Below, piece by piece: positions 11,763 through 20,929 of a stretch of 64,000 bases of DNA. Position 1 is the first letter of the stretch; each line of letters opens with the position of its first letter. Source of the stretch: Takakia lepidozioides. Its lineage: Eukaryota > Plantae > Bryophyta. The notes under the pieces were generated by a model, which saw only the letters and a program-made list of their open reading frames with translations, had not been told where the DNA came from and did not search any database. The stretch covers positions 41,912,001 through 41,976,000 of the forward strand of contig CM060731.1 of NCBI GenBank assembly GCA_030704615.1, read 5' to 3'. The translations under genes were made by a program, and so were the position numbers.

Positions 11763-12846
11763 ACTCCATCAAAGGTCGCCTTCTGTCTGCCTTCTGTCCG
11801 CCATAGGCCGCTCCACCCGTTTTTCCTTTCGAAGCACCGGGTGCCGCCTTGGCTTGTGAAGGCCCTCCCTTCGATTTCCACGTGCCATTGTCGCCACGTG
11901 GCCTATCCCACTTCTTTTCCGGTCGGAAGGAGTCACCTTCCCGCTGGGTCTTCTTGTGGTTCAGCTCCGTACGGCCTTGTCTTTCACCCTTAGGGACATC
12001 CGAGAAACATTCAGCCCTCTCAATTGCCTCGTTCAAAGTCTTAGGTGGCTTCTCCTCCAACTTCCGCCTGGCCCATGGGGCCAGTCCCGCCTCAAAGTTG
12101 AAGACCATTTCTGGTTCTGCCATGTCCGCGACTTCGAGCAACAACACATTGAAAGCCTGGACATATCCCCGAATGTCATCTGTTTGCTTCAAATTCCTCA
12201 TCTTGTCTCGGGCGAGCCAGGACGCGTTGAGGGGCACAAACTGCCTCTTCATCAATTCCTTGAACCCACTCCAGTTCAAGGTTTCCGGGCTTGGACCTCG
12301 GTCGTGAAGGCGTTTCTGCCACCATTGTTGAGCATAGCCCCTCAAATAGGTGGGAGCCACTTCCACCCGATCCTCGTCACTCAACTTGGCCGCCCGGAAG
12401 TACTGCTCTAGCTCCAAGAGCCAGGTGTTGAGTGCCTTCCGATTTCGGACGCCCTCGAAGGTGCCGGGTTCCTTAGGCTTCACCTTAAACTTTGCCTTAG
12501 TGGAAGTGGCATTAGCCGCCTTCAACACGTCTTTCAACGTCCCGCCAAATTGCGCCAACAACCCTTCCCAAAAGGCTGCCGGCATGGGAGACATCTGTTG
12601 GTCGGTCGGAGCTCTCAGGGATTCCTCAGGCTCCGACTCCTCAGATTCCTCCCGCTCTTGAGCGGCCTTGTTTTCAGGAACATGCATCGCTTCCTCAAAC
12701 GACCGCCTCGGTGACACGTCGCCCCCATTGGGCTCACCAGGATCATCATCTTTTGGGCTGTTCCGCTTTCGCTTTCGCTTGCCCGACCCCATGATCAGGC
12801 CAATCCCAAGGACGATCGTATACTGAACTCTAAGCTCTGATACCAA
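11602..12846 (-). CDS. gag of nested chromovirus (frameshift near the CCHC knuckle)
   Basis: 414-aa ORF with WLLELEQYF, YLRGYAQQWW and LKQTDDIRGY. CFNCGKPGHMAKKC lies in the next frame. Confidence 0.8.
   Translation of the reverse strand: MVSELRVQYTIVLGIGLIMGSGKRKRKRNSPKDDDPGEPNGGDVSPRRSFEEAMHVPENKAAQEREESEESEPEESLRAPTDQQMSPMPAAFWEGLLAQFGGTLKDVLKAANATSTKAKFKVKPKEPGTFEGVRNRKALNTWLLELEQYFRAAKLSDEDRVEVAPTYLRGYAQQWWQKRLHDRGPSPETLNWSGFKELMKRQFVPLNASWLARDKMRNLKQTDDIRGYVQAFNVLLLEVADMAEPEMVFNFEAGLAPWARRKLEEKPPKTLNEAIERAECFSDVPKGERQGRTELNHKKTQREGDSFRPEKKWDRPRGDNGTWKSKGGPSQAKAAPGASKGKTGGAAYGGQKADRRRPLMECVQLREARAHGQEVHEAPAIEHDSGDHRAVGRYHQLLGGSSGRQDVQGRQIFL
12834..12845 (-). promoter_or_regulatory. Primer-binding site, tRNA-iMet
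   Basis: Minus strand TGGTATCAGAGC, 2 nt after the 5' LTR. Confidence 0.92.
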
Positions 12847-12847
12847 G

Positions 12848-13574
12848 TGTCGCGCACCTCACTTTGGTAAGCTCCCCCCTCAAGTCATAGTTACTCGCTT
12901 GATGCGCGCGCCTAACTCCCAACCTGGCCGCCGGGCCAACTTGGAGCTCCGGCTACTCACCGGGCCACAACGGTCTCCCCTTTGATCTCCAAAAGAACCT
13001 TCCAACGATTTGGAACCAGCGGAATTCCCTTTGGTAGTTGGCAGTCCGGAACAGCTCCCCACTCTTTGGTCGCTTTCCGGCTCGCTCGCTTACTCACTAG
13101 TTTTTGGCCACCAACGGGCTTGCACCGTTCTCGGGGTTACTACTCCCTATATATACTTCTGTAGCTGTCCGCGGGGGTTTCACAAACAACCATGCCATTT
13201 TATGGCGAACCACCACGAACACCCTCGACTTCCGGTGATGAGTCGCGGTGAGTCTTGGCCCACCCATCACGGCCCCTATGGACCGTGATGAGTCCCAAGA
13301 CTCCCCACGACTCCCACCACGAGGTCTCCGCCCCAGGGTGAGTCCTATGCCACCCCCACTAAGTCCCGCTAAGCTACCACCACCCCTTGTGGAGCCACCC
13401 CCACCGCAACCCGGTGTGCGGGGCTCCACCTAGTGAGCGCCTCCGCCTCCTTGAGTGCTTTGGGCACTCAAGGGTGCTTCAGGCCCCCCATACCTATCGC
13501 TACCACTGCCCCCACCACAGGGGCAGTCCCTCTTGTGTCCCGACCCCCTGCCCTCAAGGCAAAGGGCCTCGACA
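12848..13574 (-). repeat. 5' LTR of nested chromovirus
   Basis: Direct repeat of 6627-7353, adjacent to the PBS. Confidence 0.95.
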
Positions 13575-13579
13575 CCTAT

Positions 13580-15341
13580 TCTGAGGCGGCCTATTCGAGG
13601 GTGGCCTTTCCAGCTACATACGGATTGGAGTATGCTGGGGATTGGAGCAGTGCTCACACAGGTGGATGATGAGGGAAGAGAGTTCGTAGTGGCATATGCT
13701 AGCCGCTCAAACAATGATGCCGAGGCGAAGTATAGTTCCTATGAAGGGGAGTGTCCAGTTGCGGTATGGGCAGTGACACATTTCAGATGCTACCTTTATG
13801 TCAATCTCTTCACCCTTGTCACGGATCACCAACCATTGAAGTGGTTGATAGAGTCAGACAAGCTTACAGGGAAGCTTGCACGATGGGCACTTATGCTTCA
13901 AGAATACGACTTTCAGGTGGTGCATCGAGCCGGTATTGTCAATCGGGATGCAGATGGATTGAGTCGTAATCCATGCACGAGCGAGCATGATGATACTGGA
14001 GCTCGGTGGCATGGTGAGACGGATGAGGAGATGGTGCCAGGATGACATGCATCTGCCTTTTTATGCATCCTAGCAATGGGAGCTCAAGCTGGTCCATCCC
14101 ATAGCATTGGTCATGTAGATGGTGTGCATGACGATCCGGAGATCAGTGAGGAGCTTGGTGGTGCTAAGGATGTGCATGAAGATGCAGTAGTGATGACCTA
14201 CCTTTGTACTACAGAGACAGCAGCCAGTGTGACTGCTAAGGAGAGAGATCAGATCCTACAACGAGCCAAGAGGTTCAAGTGGGAAGGGACACACCTACTC
14301 CGAGTATGGGAGGATGGACGAGTGAGGATTGTGCCTCATCCAACACAACGAGCACGATTGGTACGCCATGCCCATGAGGAGTTGGGACATTTTGGGGTGC
14401 GGCGCACACATAGTTTGCTGCAAGGACAATACTGGTGGCCGGGCATGCACACGGATGTGCAACAGTTAGTGGCAAGGTGCATGGTGTGTGATAGAGTGCG
14501 AGCTTCTTTCAATGCACCTACTCCACAATTGCATCCTTCACCCATTATGGGTTTGGGCTATCGTTGGAGTCTTGACTTCGCAGGCCCATTGCCACTAACG
14601 ATTCGCCATAACAAATATGTGCTGGTGATGGTGGAACATTTCTCCAAGTGGATTGAACTGATGGCATTGCCTGACAAGGCAAGCGAGGGGGCTGTGTATG
14701 CATTCTTAGATCGAGTACTTAGCCAATTTGGTGCTCTAGCCGAGGTACTCACGGACCAGGGGAGAGAGTTCTTGGGGAAGTTTCAGGCTTTGTGTGAGCA
14801 AGCCTTGATAGATCACCGCACTACTTCTCGGGATCATCTAGAGGCTGATGGCCTGGCAGAGAGGGTTGTACAAACAGTCAAGCGAGGCTTGCGCAAGTAT
14901 GGCTTGCAGAAGGGACACTTAGGAGATTGGGACCTTCAGCTACCTTGGTTAGCCATGGGCTACAGGTTTAGCAAACAAGCATCACTTGCCTCGTTCTCGT
15001 CTTATTTCCTTCTCTTTGGCCGAGAGCCAAATTTGCCTGCATCTATTCGCAGGGAGACTGCAATAGTTCTCAACCTTGATGATCTGGATGTGTGGACACA
15101 AGCATGTGCCCAGCGGGCAAAGTTGTTCAAGAGAATCATGCCTATGGCTTTTGAGAACCTTGCTATTGCCCAACACCGAGACACATTGAGGTACGCCACT
15201 ATACGTGGAGGGGGATATCGGCCAGGTGTTCAGCGTTTCCACCCTGGGGACTATGTGTATCTGCAGCAGGCAGCGCCTACGACTTTGGATGTCACAGCAG
15301 GGCGTGTGATTCTAAGGGTCTGGGAGGTGTTGCTTTCATGA
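13580..15341 (+). pseudogene. RNase H and integrase of outer Gypsy element
   Basis: HTDWSMLGIGAVL, TDHQPL and ADGLSR. HEELGHFG...CMVC zinc domain. DDE core SLDF, VLTDQG, GLAERV. One in-frame TGA at 14043-14045. Confidence 0.9.
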
Positions 15342-15616
15342 GTGTTGATTCTGGAGGGTCAAGATGGGTATGGAAGGACCATGTGTGCAATTGTGCGCCA
15401 TGTCACCTTCCACATGTGGATGGGAGGATAGATCCCAACCTTGCAGTGGTACCTGCAGGGTTGCGTTGCATGCTATGTGGGCATGCTGGTGGTGTCGCGA
15501 CCATGTTGGTGCGTGACAAATGCTCAAGGGGGTGGCACATGGGATGCTTGACACCGCCACTTGAGGAGGTTCCTAGTGGAGAATGGTTGTGTCCACGATG
15601 CCTTGGACATAGGTAG
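15338..15616 (+). pseudogene. PHD finger at the integrase C-terminus (separated by a frameshift)
   Basis: CMLC...MLV(R)DKC..GWHMGCLTPPLEEVPSGEWLCPRC is a C4HC3 PHD pattern with one Cys>Arg change. Confidence 0.88.
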
Positions 15617-15862
15617 TGGGCATGACAATGGTGGAATTGACAAGTGATCCAAGGTCTAGCTGATAGGAGCTCAACGCCATTGATACTTAATTGAAGATCA
15701 TGGATCGCAGGAAGGCGAGTAACGAAGGGGCTACTTTTGCACCCGGTCTCTTGTTCTATTGACTTTAGATACTGGGACATGTGCGATTGAAGACCAAGCG
15801 ATGATTTTATTGAGATGGATACTTATCAGCTATCCGGTGTTAGAGGGACCTAATCACCAGCT

Positions 15863-15873
15863 AGGGGGGCGAT
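15863..15873 (+). promoter_or_regulatory. Polypurine tract of outer element
   Basis: AGGGGGGCGAT immediately before TGTGG (start of B1). Confidence 0.75.
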
Positions 15874-15958
15874 TGTGGCATAGCTTTCTAGGATTGTGTG
15901 CTTAGAATGTATGGTGGACAGCGATGTATGTTGTGGCACGATGCTTAGGTGCACGACA
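15874..15958 (+). repeat. Repeat B1 (85 bp, TG...CA)
   Basis: Direct repeat of 16330-16414, 2 mismatches. Confidence 0.95.
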
Positions 15959-15960
15959 GC

Positions 15961-16328
15961 TGTCATGGTTTTAGTCATGGTTAACTAGAATTACCTACTT
16001 CTAGTTAACTATGACATTTTGGATATTTATATTTGTATTTTGTGTGTTGGGACTTCATTTGGTCTCACATGCCAAGTGAGGTGTCAAACCTCACTTGGGA
16101 CATGGGGATGGGTTTTCCCCTTGTGAGTGTTGAGGAGGGCTCATCTTCTTGTAGTTGAGCCTCCATAAGCCTCTCCCACCTCCATAGCTCTAGGTATTGA
16201 GAGGGAGTGTGGTGAGGGCTTTGTAGGGTGGATTCCTTTAGGAAAGGTGCCATTGGCTTGACTTAGTTTATGTGATTGAGTGGATTCATGAGTAGAGTGT
16301 TTCCATTGTGTGTTCACTTCCATTATCA
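15961..16328 (+). repeat. Repeat A2
   Basis: Copy of 933-1300, joined to B1 through the palindrome GACA-GC-TGTC. Confidence 0.95.
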
Positions 16329-16329
16329 T

Positions 16330-16414
16330 TGTGGCATAGCTTTTTAGGATTGTGTGCTTAGAATGTATGGTGGACAGCGATGTATTTTGTGGCACGATGC
16401 TTAGGTGCACGACA
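16330..16414 (+). repeat. Repeat B2 (element 3' terminus)
   Basis: Copy of B1; followed by the TSD copy ATGT. Confidence 0.95.
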
Positions 16415-16815
16415 ATGTCATCTAGGGCAGTGTTCAGGATGGCATCTGGTACAATTCTAGCTTTGACGATGTGATCACCATGGACCTCTTTCCCCTTTCC
16501 CAGAGCTCCCAGGCTTGCACACGCATTGCAAACACAAACAAATGTGATGTGGTTGGGATTCTCCCCTTTGCACATCATTTAATGCTCATAGTTCTCAAAA
16601 GCCTCCATCCCACGCCCTCACTGTGCATATTCTGCAATCATTGCACTCCACAACACCCACATCTTGTTCAGCCATACTGTCAAACACTCCCTTCATACAT
16701 GTCCACGAGGGTATTGTTAAGAATGACATGTGGTACAATTGCAGCTCTGACAATGTCGCCATGGACCTCTTTGCCCTTCTCCAGAGCTGCCAGGCTTGCA
16801 CACGCATTGCAAACT
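16415..16815 (-). pseudogene. Degenerate PPR gene, upstream part
   Basis: NPNHITFVCVCNACASLGALGKGKEVHG...PDAILNTALDD joins the fragment ending at 932. A further small PPR-like piece lies at ~17780-17840. Confidence 0.8.
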
Positions 16816-16860
16816 ATCAAAGGTTCACTCAACCAATAACTTATAGAAATTCAACATGAA

Positions 16861-17780
16861 AATTTAGGGCCGATTTTGATAAGAGGGAAAAACAGGATGA
16901 AATGTGTTGAAGAAGGTTGCCTTCATTAGCAGTGCCTAATTTTATCAATTGTGTCGCTGTTGCTGTGACTTCCAGTTCACCATCTACCCATGCAGGTTTC
17001 TTGTAGCAATGGATCCACAGGGAATCATAGGTAATCTTGTGCCTGAATCCGGCCCTCTTCCATCAAACACCCCAACCCTAATGATGAGAGGGCAAAACAA
17101 ACTGAAATAGGTTGAAGAAAAAGGTGCCCTCGCCAATTTAGGGCCGATACGGATAAGAGGGGAAAACAGGGTGAAATGTGTTGAAGAAGGTGCCTTGAGT
17201 AGCTGTGCTTGATTTTATCAATTGTGTCGTTGTTGCTGCGACTTCCACAACAGAGATTGAAACGCGGCCTGCTAAGACCAAGCTGACTCTCCCAAGAACC
17301 TTGTAAACATTAGGAAGAATACCAAATCATAATAGGAGCCAAGAGCCCACATTTGCAGGATGGACTAACTTAGAACTTTACATGGTACATTAAGAAAAAG
17401 CCACACCTTGTGATTGCGGTTGTCCCACCATCGTGTAGAAATTCAAGGCCGAGTCTGATGAGAGGTCAAAACAGGCTGAAATAGGTCGAAGAAGAAGGTG
17501 CCCTCACCACATTGTCCTCGACCTTGTGTCATGACCCATGGAGGATTTGACTGACCATGAACACAATAGGACCTCTTGTGTGTGTTGCTAGTGTCTGTAG
17601 TCAGTAATGTCGGATTGGTTTGTGAGAACCACCACGGTGCAGCCAGGAGCGGGCATCGATTGAAACACGGACTGCTAAGACCAAGCTGTCTCTCCCAAGA
17701 ACCTTGTAAATATAAGGAAGAATACCAAATCATGGTACTAACAGGAGCCAAGAGCCCATTGCGGTTGCGGTGCAGGATGC
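16861..17780. repeat. Mosaic of short local duplications
   Basis: Approximate pairs: 16861-16974 with 17135-17247; 17255-17362 with 17658-17779; 17082-17135 with 17456-17510. Confidence 0.65.
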
Positions 17781-18005
17781 GCTTGCCCCTTCATGCATCA
17801 ATAGCTCAAGAATAGCAAAGCCTCCATCCCACGCCCCTATCATGCGATCATCGTGTTCCATGACAGGTCCATGACACAACACAACAGCTCGATACTAAGA
17901 AACCGCGCAGGAGAAAAAGGAAAAGAAAAGTAAGTCCCAGCCCTCTCATGGGCAACCCTATAAGCAACTTAAAAAAAGAAAAAAACCTTTTGGCTACCAG
18001 GCTTG

Positions 18006-18271
18006 CACTAGAAGTCATTCCCCGACGACTATTTGGTGGTGAGATCGTGCTGGTCAACCATCGTTGACCAACCATCCATCTAGTGCGGAGCCATGCAGTC
18101 ATGACGACGTCTACCAAAGTAGTCGCCCAAAGGACTACGTAGTCACGTAGTCATTTCAACGACTACGTGAAGCTCCATTTGGTCCAAAAATACAGGGAAG
18201 TCATGGTCAAAGTCAGAAAAACCATGACTACCACGGCTCGGTAGTCAGATATACCGCGATCTGTTGTAGTG
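18006..18271. mobile_element. Putative small non-autonomous CACTA element
   Basis: CACTAGAA...TTGTAGTG termini and many GACTAC/GTAGTC subterminal motifs. The 3-bp TSD does not match (TTG/GTT). Confidence 0.4.
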
Positions 18272-18654
18272 GTTGATGGTTGTTTTTCCATCCTCTGCAA
18301 TATATTTATGGGCCTCCGTTGCTTCTCAATGTTTGATAATAAACGACTTCAATGTGGGCACATGTGGTTGCGGCGGGGCCCGCATGTGGGAGAGGGGGTT
18401 GCGACGGGTGGGGCGCCCCTTACCTGTCGGGCTCAGTCTGCTCAATTGAGCCTGTGGGGGCAAGCGAGTCTGCTGGGGCCCACAAACACATCATAAAACA
18501 TTAATTTTGAAGGCGTTGCAAAAAACAACAGGTAGTGTGGTGGTAAAGAGCAACCTATAATAAGCATGCGGTTTGGTATTTGAATCCTACCAGGTGATAC
18601 TGCGGTAGTAATGTGTGTTAATAACAAATATATATTTTGTCTGAGGAGGGTCTG

Positions 18655-18910
18655 TCAGTCCGGTTGAAGGTTGGAGTCAGTGCGCTCGCCAGTTGGAGTC
18701 CACTCGAAGGTCACCGCCAGTCTGCTGACCGGTCTGCACGCCAATCGCCAGTCTGCTGGCCAGTTGGACTCCGCTCGAAGGTCGCCGGTCCGCTTGCCAA
18801 TAGCCAGTCCGCTGGCTGGTCTGCTCGCCAACTGCCAGTCTGCTGGCCAGTCCGCTCGCAAGTTGCCAGTCCGCTCGCCAATCGCCAGTCCCCTAGCCCG
18901 TCCCAGTCCT
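18655..18910. repeat. Degenerate GC-rich minisatellite (GCCAGTCYGCTS core)
   Basis: Recurrent gccagtccgctc / gccagtctgctg units. Confidence 0.75.
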
Positions 18911-19420
18911 CTCGAAGATTGGAGTTAGTCTACTAGAGGAGTCAATCTCTTGGAGGATATGAAGAACCAGGACTTAGGACCCGGTGGAAAATTACACGCA
19001 GGGGCATCTTGTTGTGAGGTTTTCATGAAATCCAAATTTTTTTGGCCAGGAATGTGCACACGTATACCTGTCACAGACTGACCGTTGGAATTTGGCAAAT
19101 GTGCCTTGGCTAGAGAATTGTGGAGGAAAATGTAGTGTAGAGTAATTTTCCCCCCAAAAAAACCCTCTGCATTCATGTACAAAGGGGCCCCCATGAGTTT
19201 TCATTCAGTTGCAATGAAATGTGGTATCTCATGAATTTTCCAAGGGGGGCCCACTTACATTTTTGGATGTAGTAGGTAGTGGCACCCACTGTGTCAAAGG
19301 TGAAATGGCTCTGAGTTACGCCAACTACACTCCCTTGTCCTGAGCTCAATCACCATTGGGTGCATAGTCCACGGGGGCTTATTTATTCAGGTTACTGTTG
19401 CTATAAATTAAATATATTGA

Positions 19421-19569
19421 TGTTTACGTTTTTTTTGGGGGGCCTTGCATCTGCAGAGCCCACTACTTACTAACTTAGTAAGTAGTAAGAGGGGGGCCTC
19501 TCCTTTATATAGCCTCTCAGGGCAGTGGGACCCTTCTAGAATTCTAGAAGGCCCTGGACACATGTCACC
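19421..19569 (+). repeat. Dispersed repeat, copy 1
   Basis: Similar to the reverse complement of ~39335-39480 (ttttttggggggcct...tagtaagagg...gggacccttctagaaggccct...cacatgtca). Confidence 0.7.
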
Positions 19570-19836
19570 CCGAGAAACCTTCTTACCCAAATTTGGCAGC
19601 TGAACCATCCCCAATTTAATACCTCTCGCCTTCCTACTTTTGTTTTACTTACCCCTTACATGACGATTATTACTGTAAATCCTTGTTTAGCTTACTATAA
19701 CCACTGCTTTTTAATTCCTAGACCACTCTCTAATGGACAAGGCCCACGCAAACTTGGGGAGCTGATTATTTTCATCAGCCATCCTTTTACTGGCTGATGG
19801 TTAAAAGAAATGAGGTTGACAAAAACGTTGGATTTC

Positions 19837-20043
19837 CGTCTGGTAGCTCAGCTGGTAAGTGCACAGTGTGTCGCCCTGGTGGTTCAGGGTTCGAACTCGC
19901 TGCCCTGGGCGGTGTGTGGATTGTTCGTGACCGGTTGGTCTGGTGGCGATGTTTCCCTCTTGTCTGCCCAATGGCTTATCTGAAAGGGGGTTAATTTTTT
20001 CCCCTCCTCATGGGCCTGAATAGTATATATATATATATATATA
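19837..20043 (+). mobile_element. tRNA-derived SINE-like element
   Basis: A box TAGCTCAGCTGG (19844), B box GGTTCGAACTC (19888), non-tRNA body and (TA)n tail. No clear TSD. Confidence 0.5.
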
Positions 20044-20929
20044 ACCTTGGTGGACCTGAAGTCATGGTATTTGGGTGTTATGTGCGGAATGGCAGACCAT
20101 GTGGTCCATCTAGTCTAGAGCAAGTTCCAGAACAATATCATATTATTTTTGTCGTCGGCAAGTCAAATATGACGGTCAAAGATACTTTTTTTAATTTAAA
20201 CCAACGAATCTTGTAAGCTATTTACATGGGGGCACAAGGCATCCATGAGAACCTAAGTGCAACATGTATGCCGACGCGTTGAATAAGAGCTCATAATATG
20301 AGATCTGGCCGCTCCATTCCAAGATGACAACATGCATCGCCCTCTTGCCGACCGAAGGATGCGCCAACCAGATCAGATTCTGACGGGGTGTTTTATATTT
20401 ATATTTAACAAAAGGGATCAAATATTAATAGTAATATTATTTAACGAAGGGGATCGGAGCCCTTAACTATTAAGAGACGAGGAAAAAAGGTCCACCAAGG
20501 TTTCGTTCCGTCAGTGAGTAATATTATTTGTAAGCATGTAATTCAGAATGTAATGCCGTCATAATTATTATTGCGTTAAAACCTACCGGATTTTTCCCAT
20601 TGTATTTTGGAACCAACAGTCAGTAGCTCAGTTGGTTAAGAGCACTTACTGCCACCCAGATGATTCTTGGTCAAATCTTACTACTTGACAGGTGTGGTAT
20701 TCTCTTCTCCCTTTTCCTTGGTATTTTCTTTCTTATTACTTTTAAAGGCCCTACCCATGTATTATTTTGCAGAGCAAAACTCTCTCTCCTAACAACTTAC
20801 ATATTGGGATATGCATTTGCAGTGCGAAACTCTGATCCCTAAAGAGAGGTTGGGTAGCGTGCAGTTAGGATGTTCACAAACATGAAAAAATATGAAAAAT
20901 ATTCTTGAGATGCCCAAAGAAAATCGCAC

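Larger units (their letters stand above)
6627..13574 (-). mobile_element. Nested full-length chromovirus (Galadriel-like Ty3/Gypsy)
   Basis: 727-bp LTRs, 5-bp TSD CCTAT (6622-6626 / 13575-13579), tRNA-Met PBS, order gag-PR-RT-RH-INT-chromodomain. The RNase H motif TDASDFAIGGVLMQDG...YESKKLN is Galadriel-like. Confidence 0.93.
933..16414 (+). mobile_element. Ty3/Gypsy retrotransposon with PHD-finger integrase (Selgy-like), split direct repeats, RT core missing; hosts a nested Galadriel-like element
   Basis: Ends TGTCA...CGACA. 4-bp TSD ATAT (929-932) / ATGT (16415-16418) with one mismatch; removing the insert restores the PPR frame NTALDD|MFVKCG. Contains gag-CCHC, protease LLDSGA, RNase H HTDWS, integrase and PHD. 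Confidence 0.9.

Noticed and set aside
933-16328. Ordinary LTR element bounded by A1 and A2
   Set aside because: The flanks do not match (CATAT vs TTGTG), the PPT precedes B1 rather than A2, and the PPR frame is restored only when B2 is included.
933-16414. DIRS/Ngaro/PAT tyrosine-recombinase element, suggested by the split repeats
   Set aside because: It encodes an aspartic protease and HHCC/DDE integrase, has TG..CA ends and a TSD, and no recombinase motif was seen.
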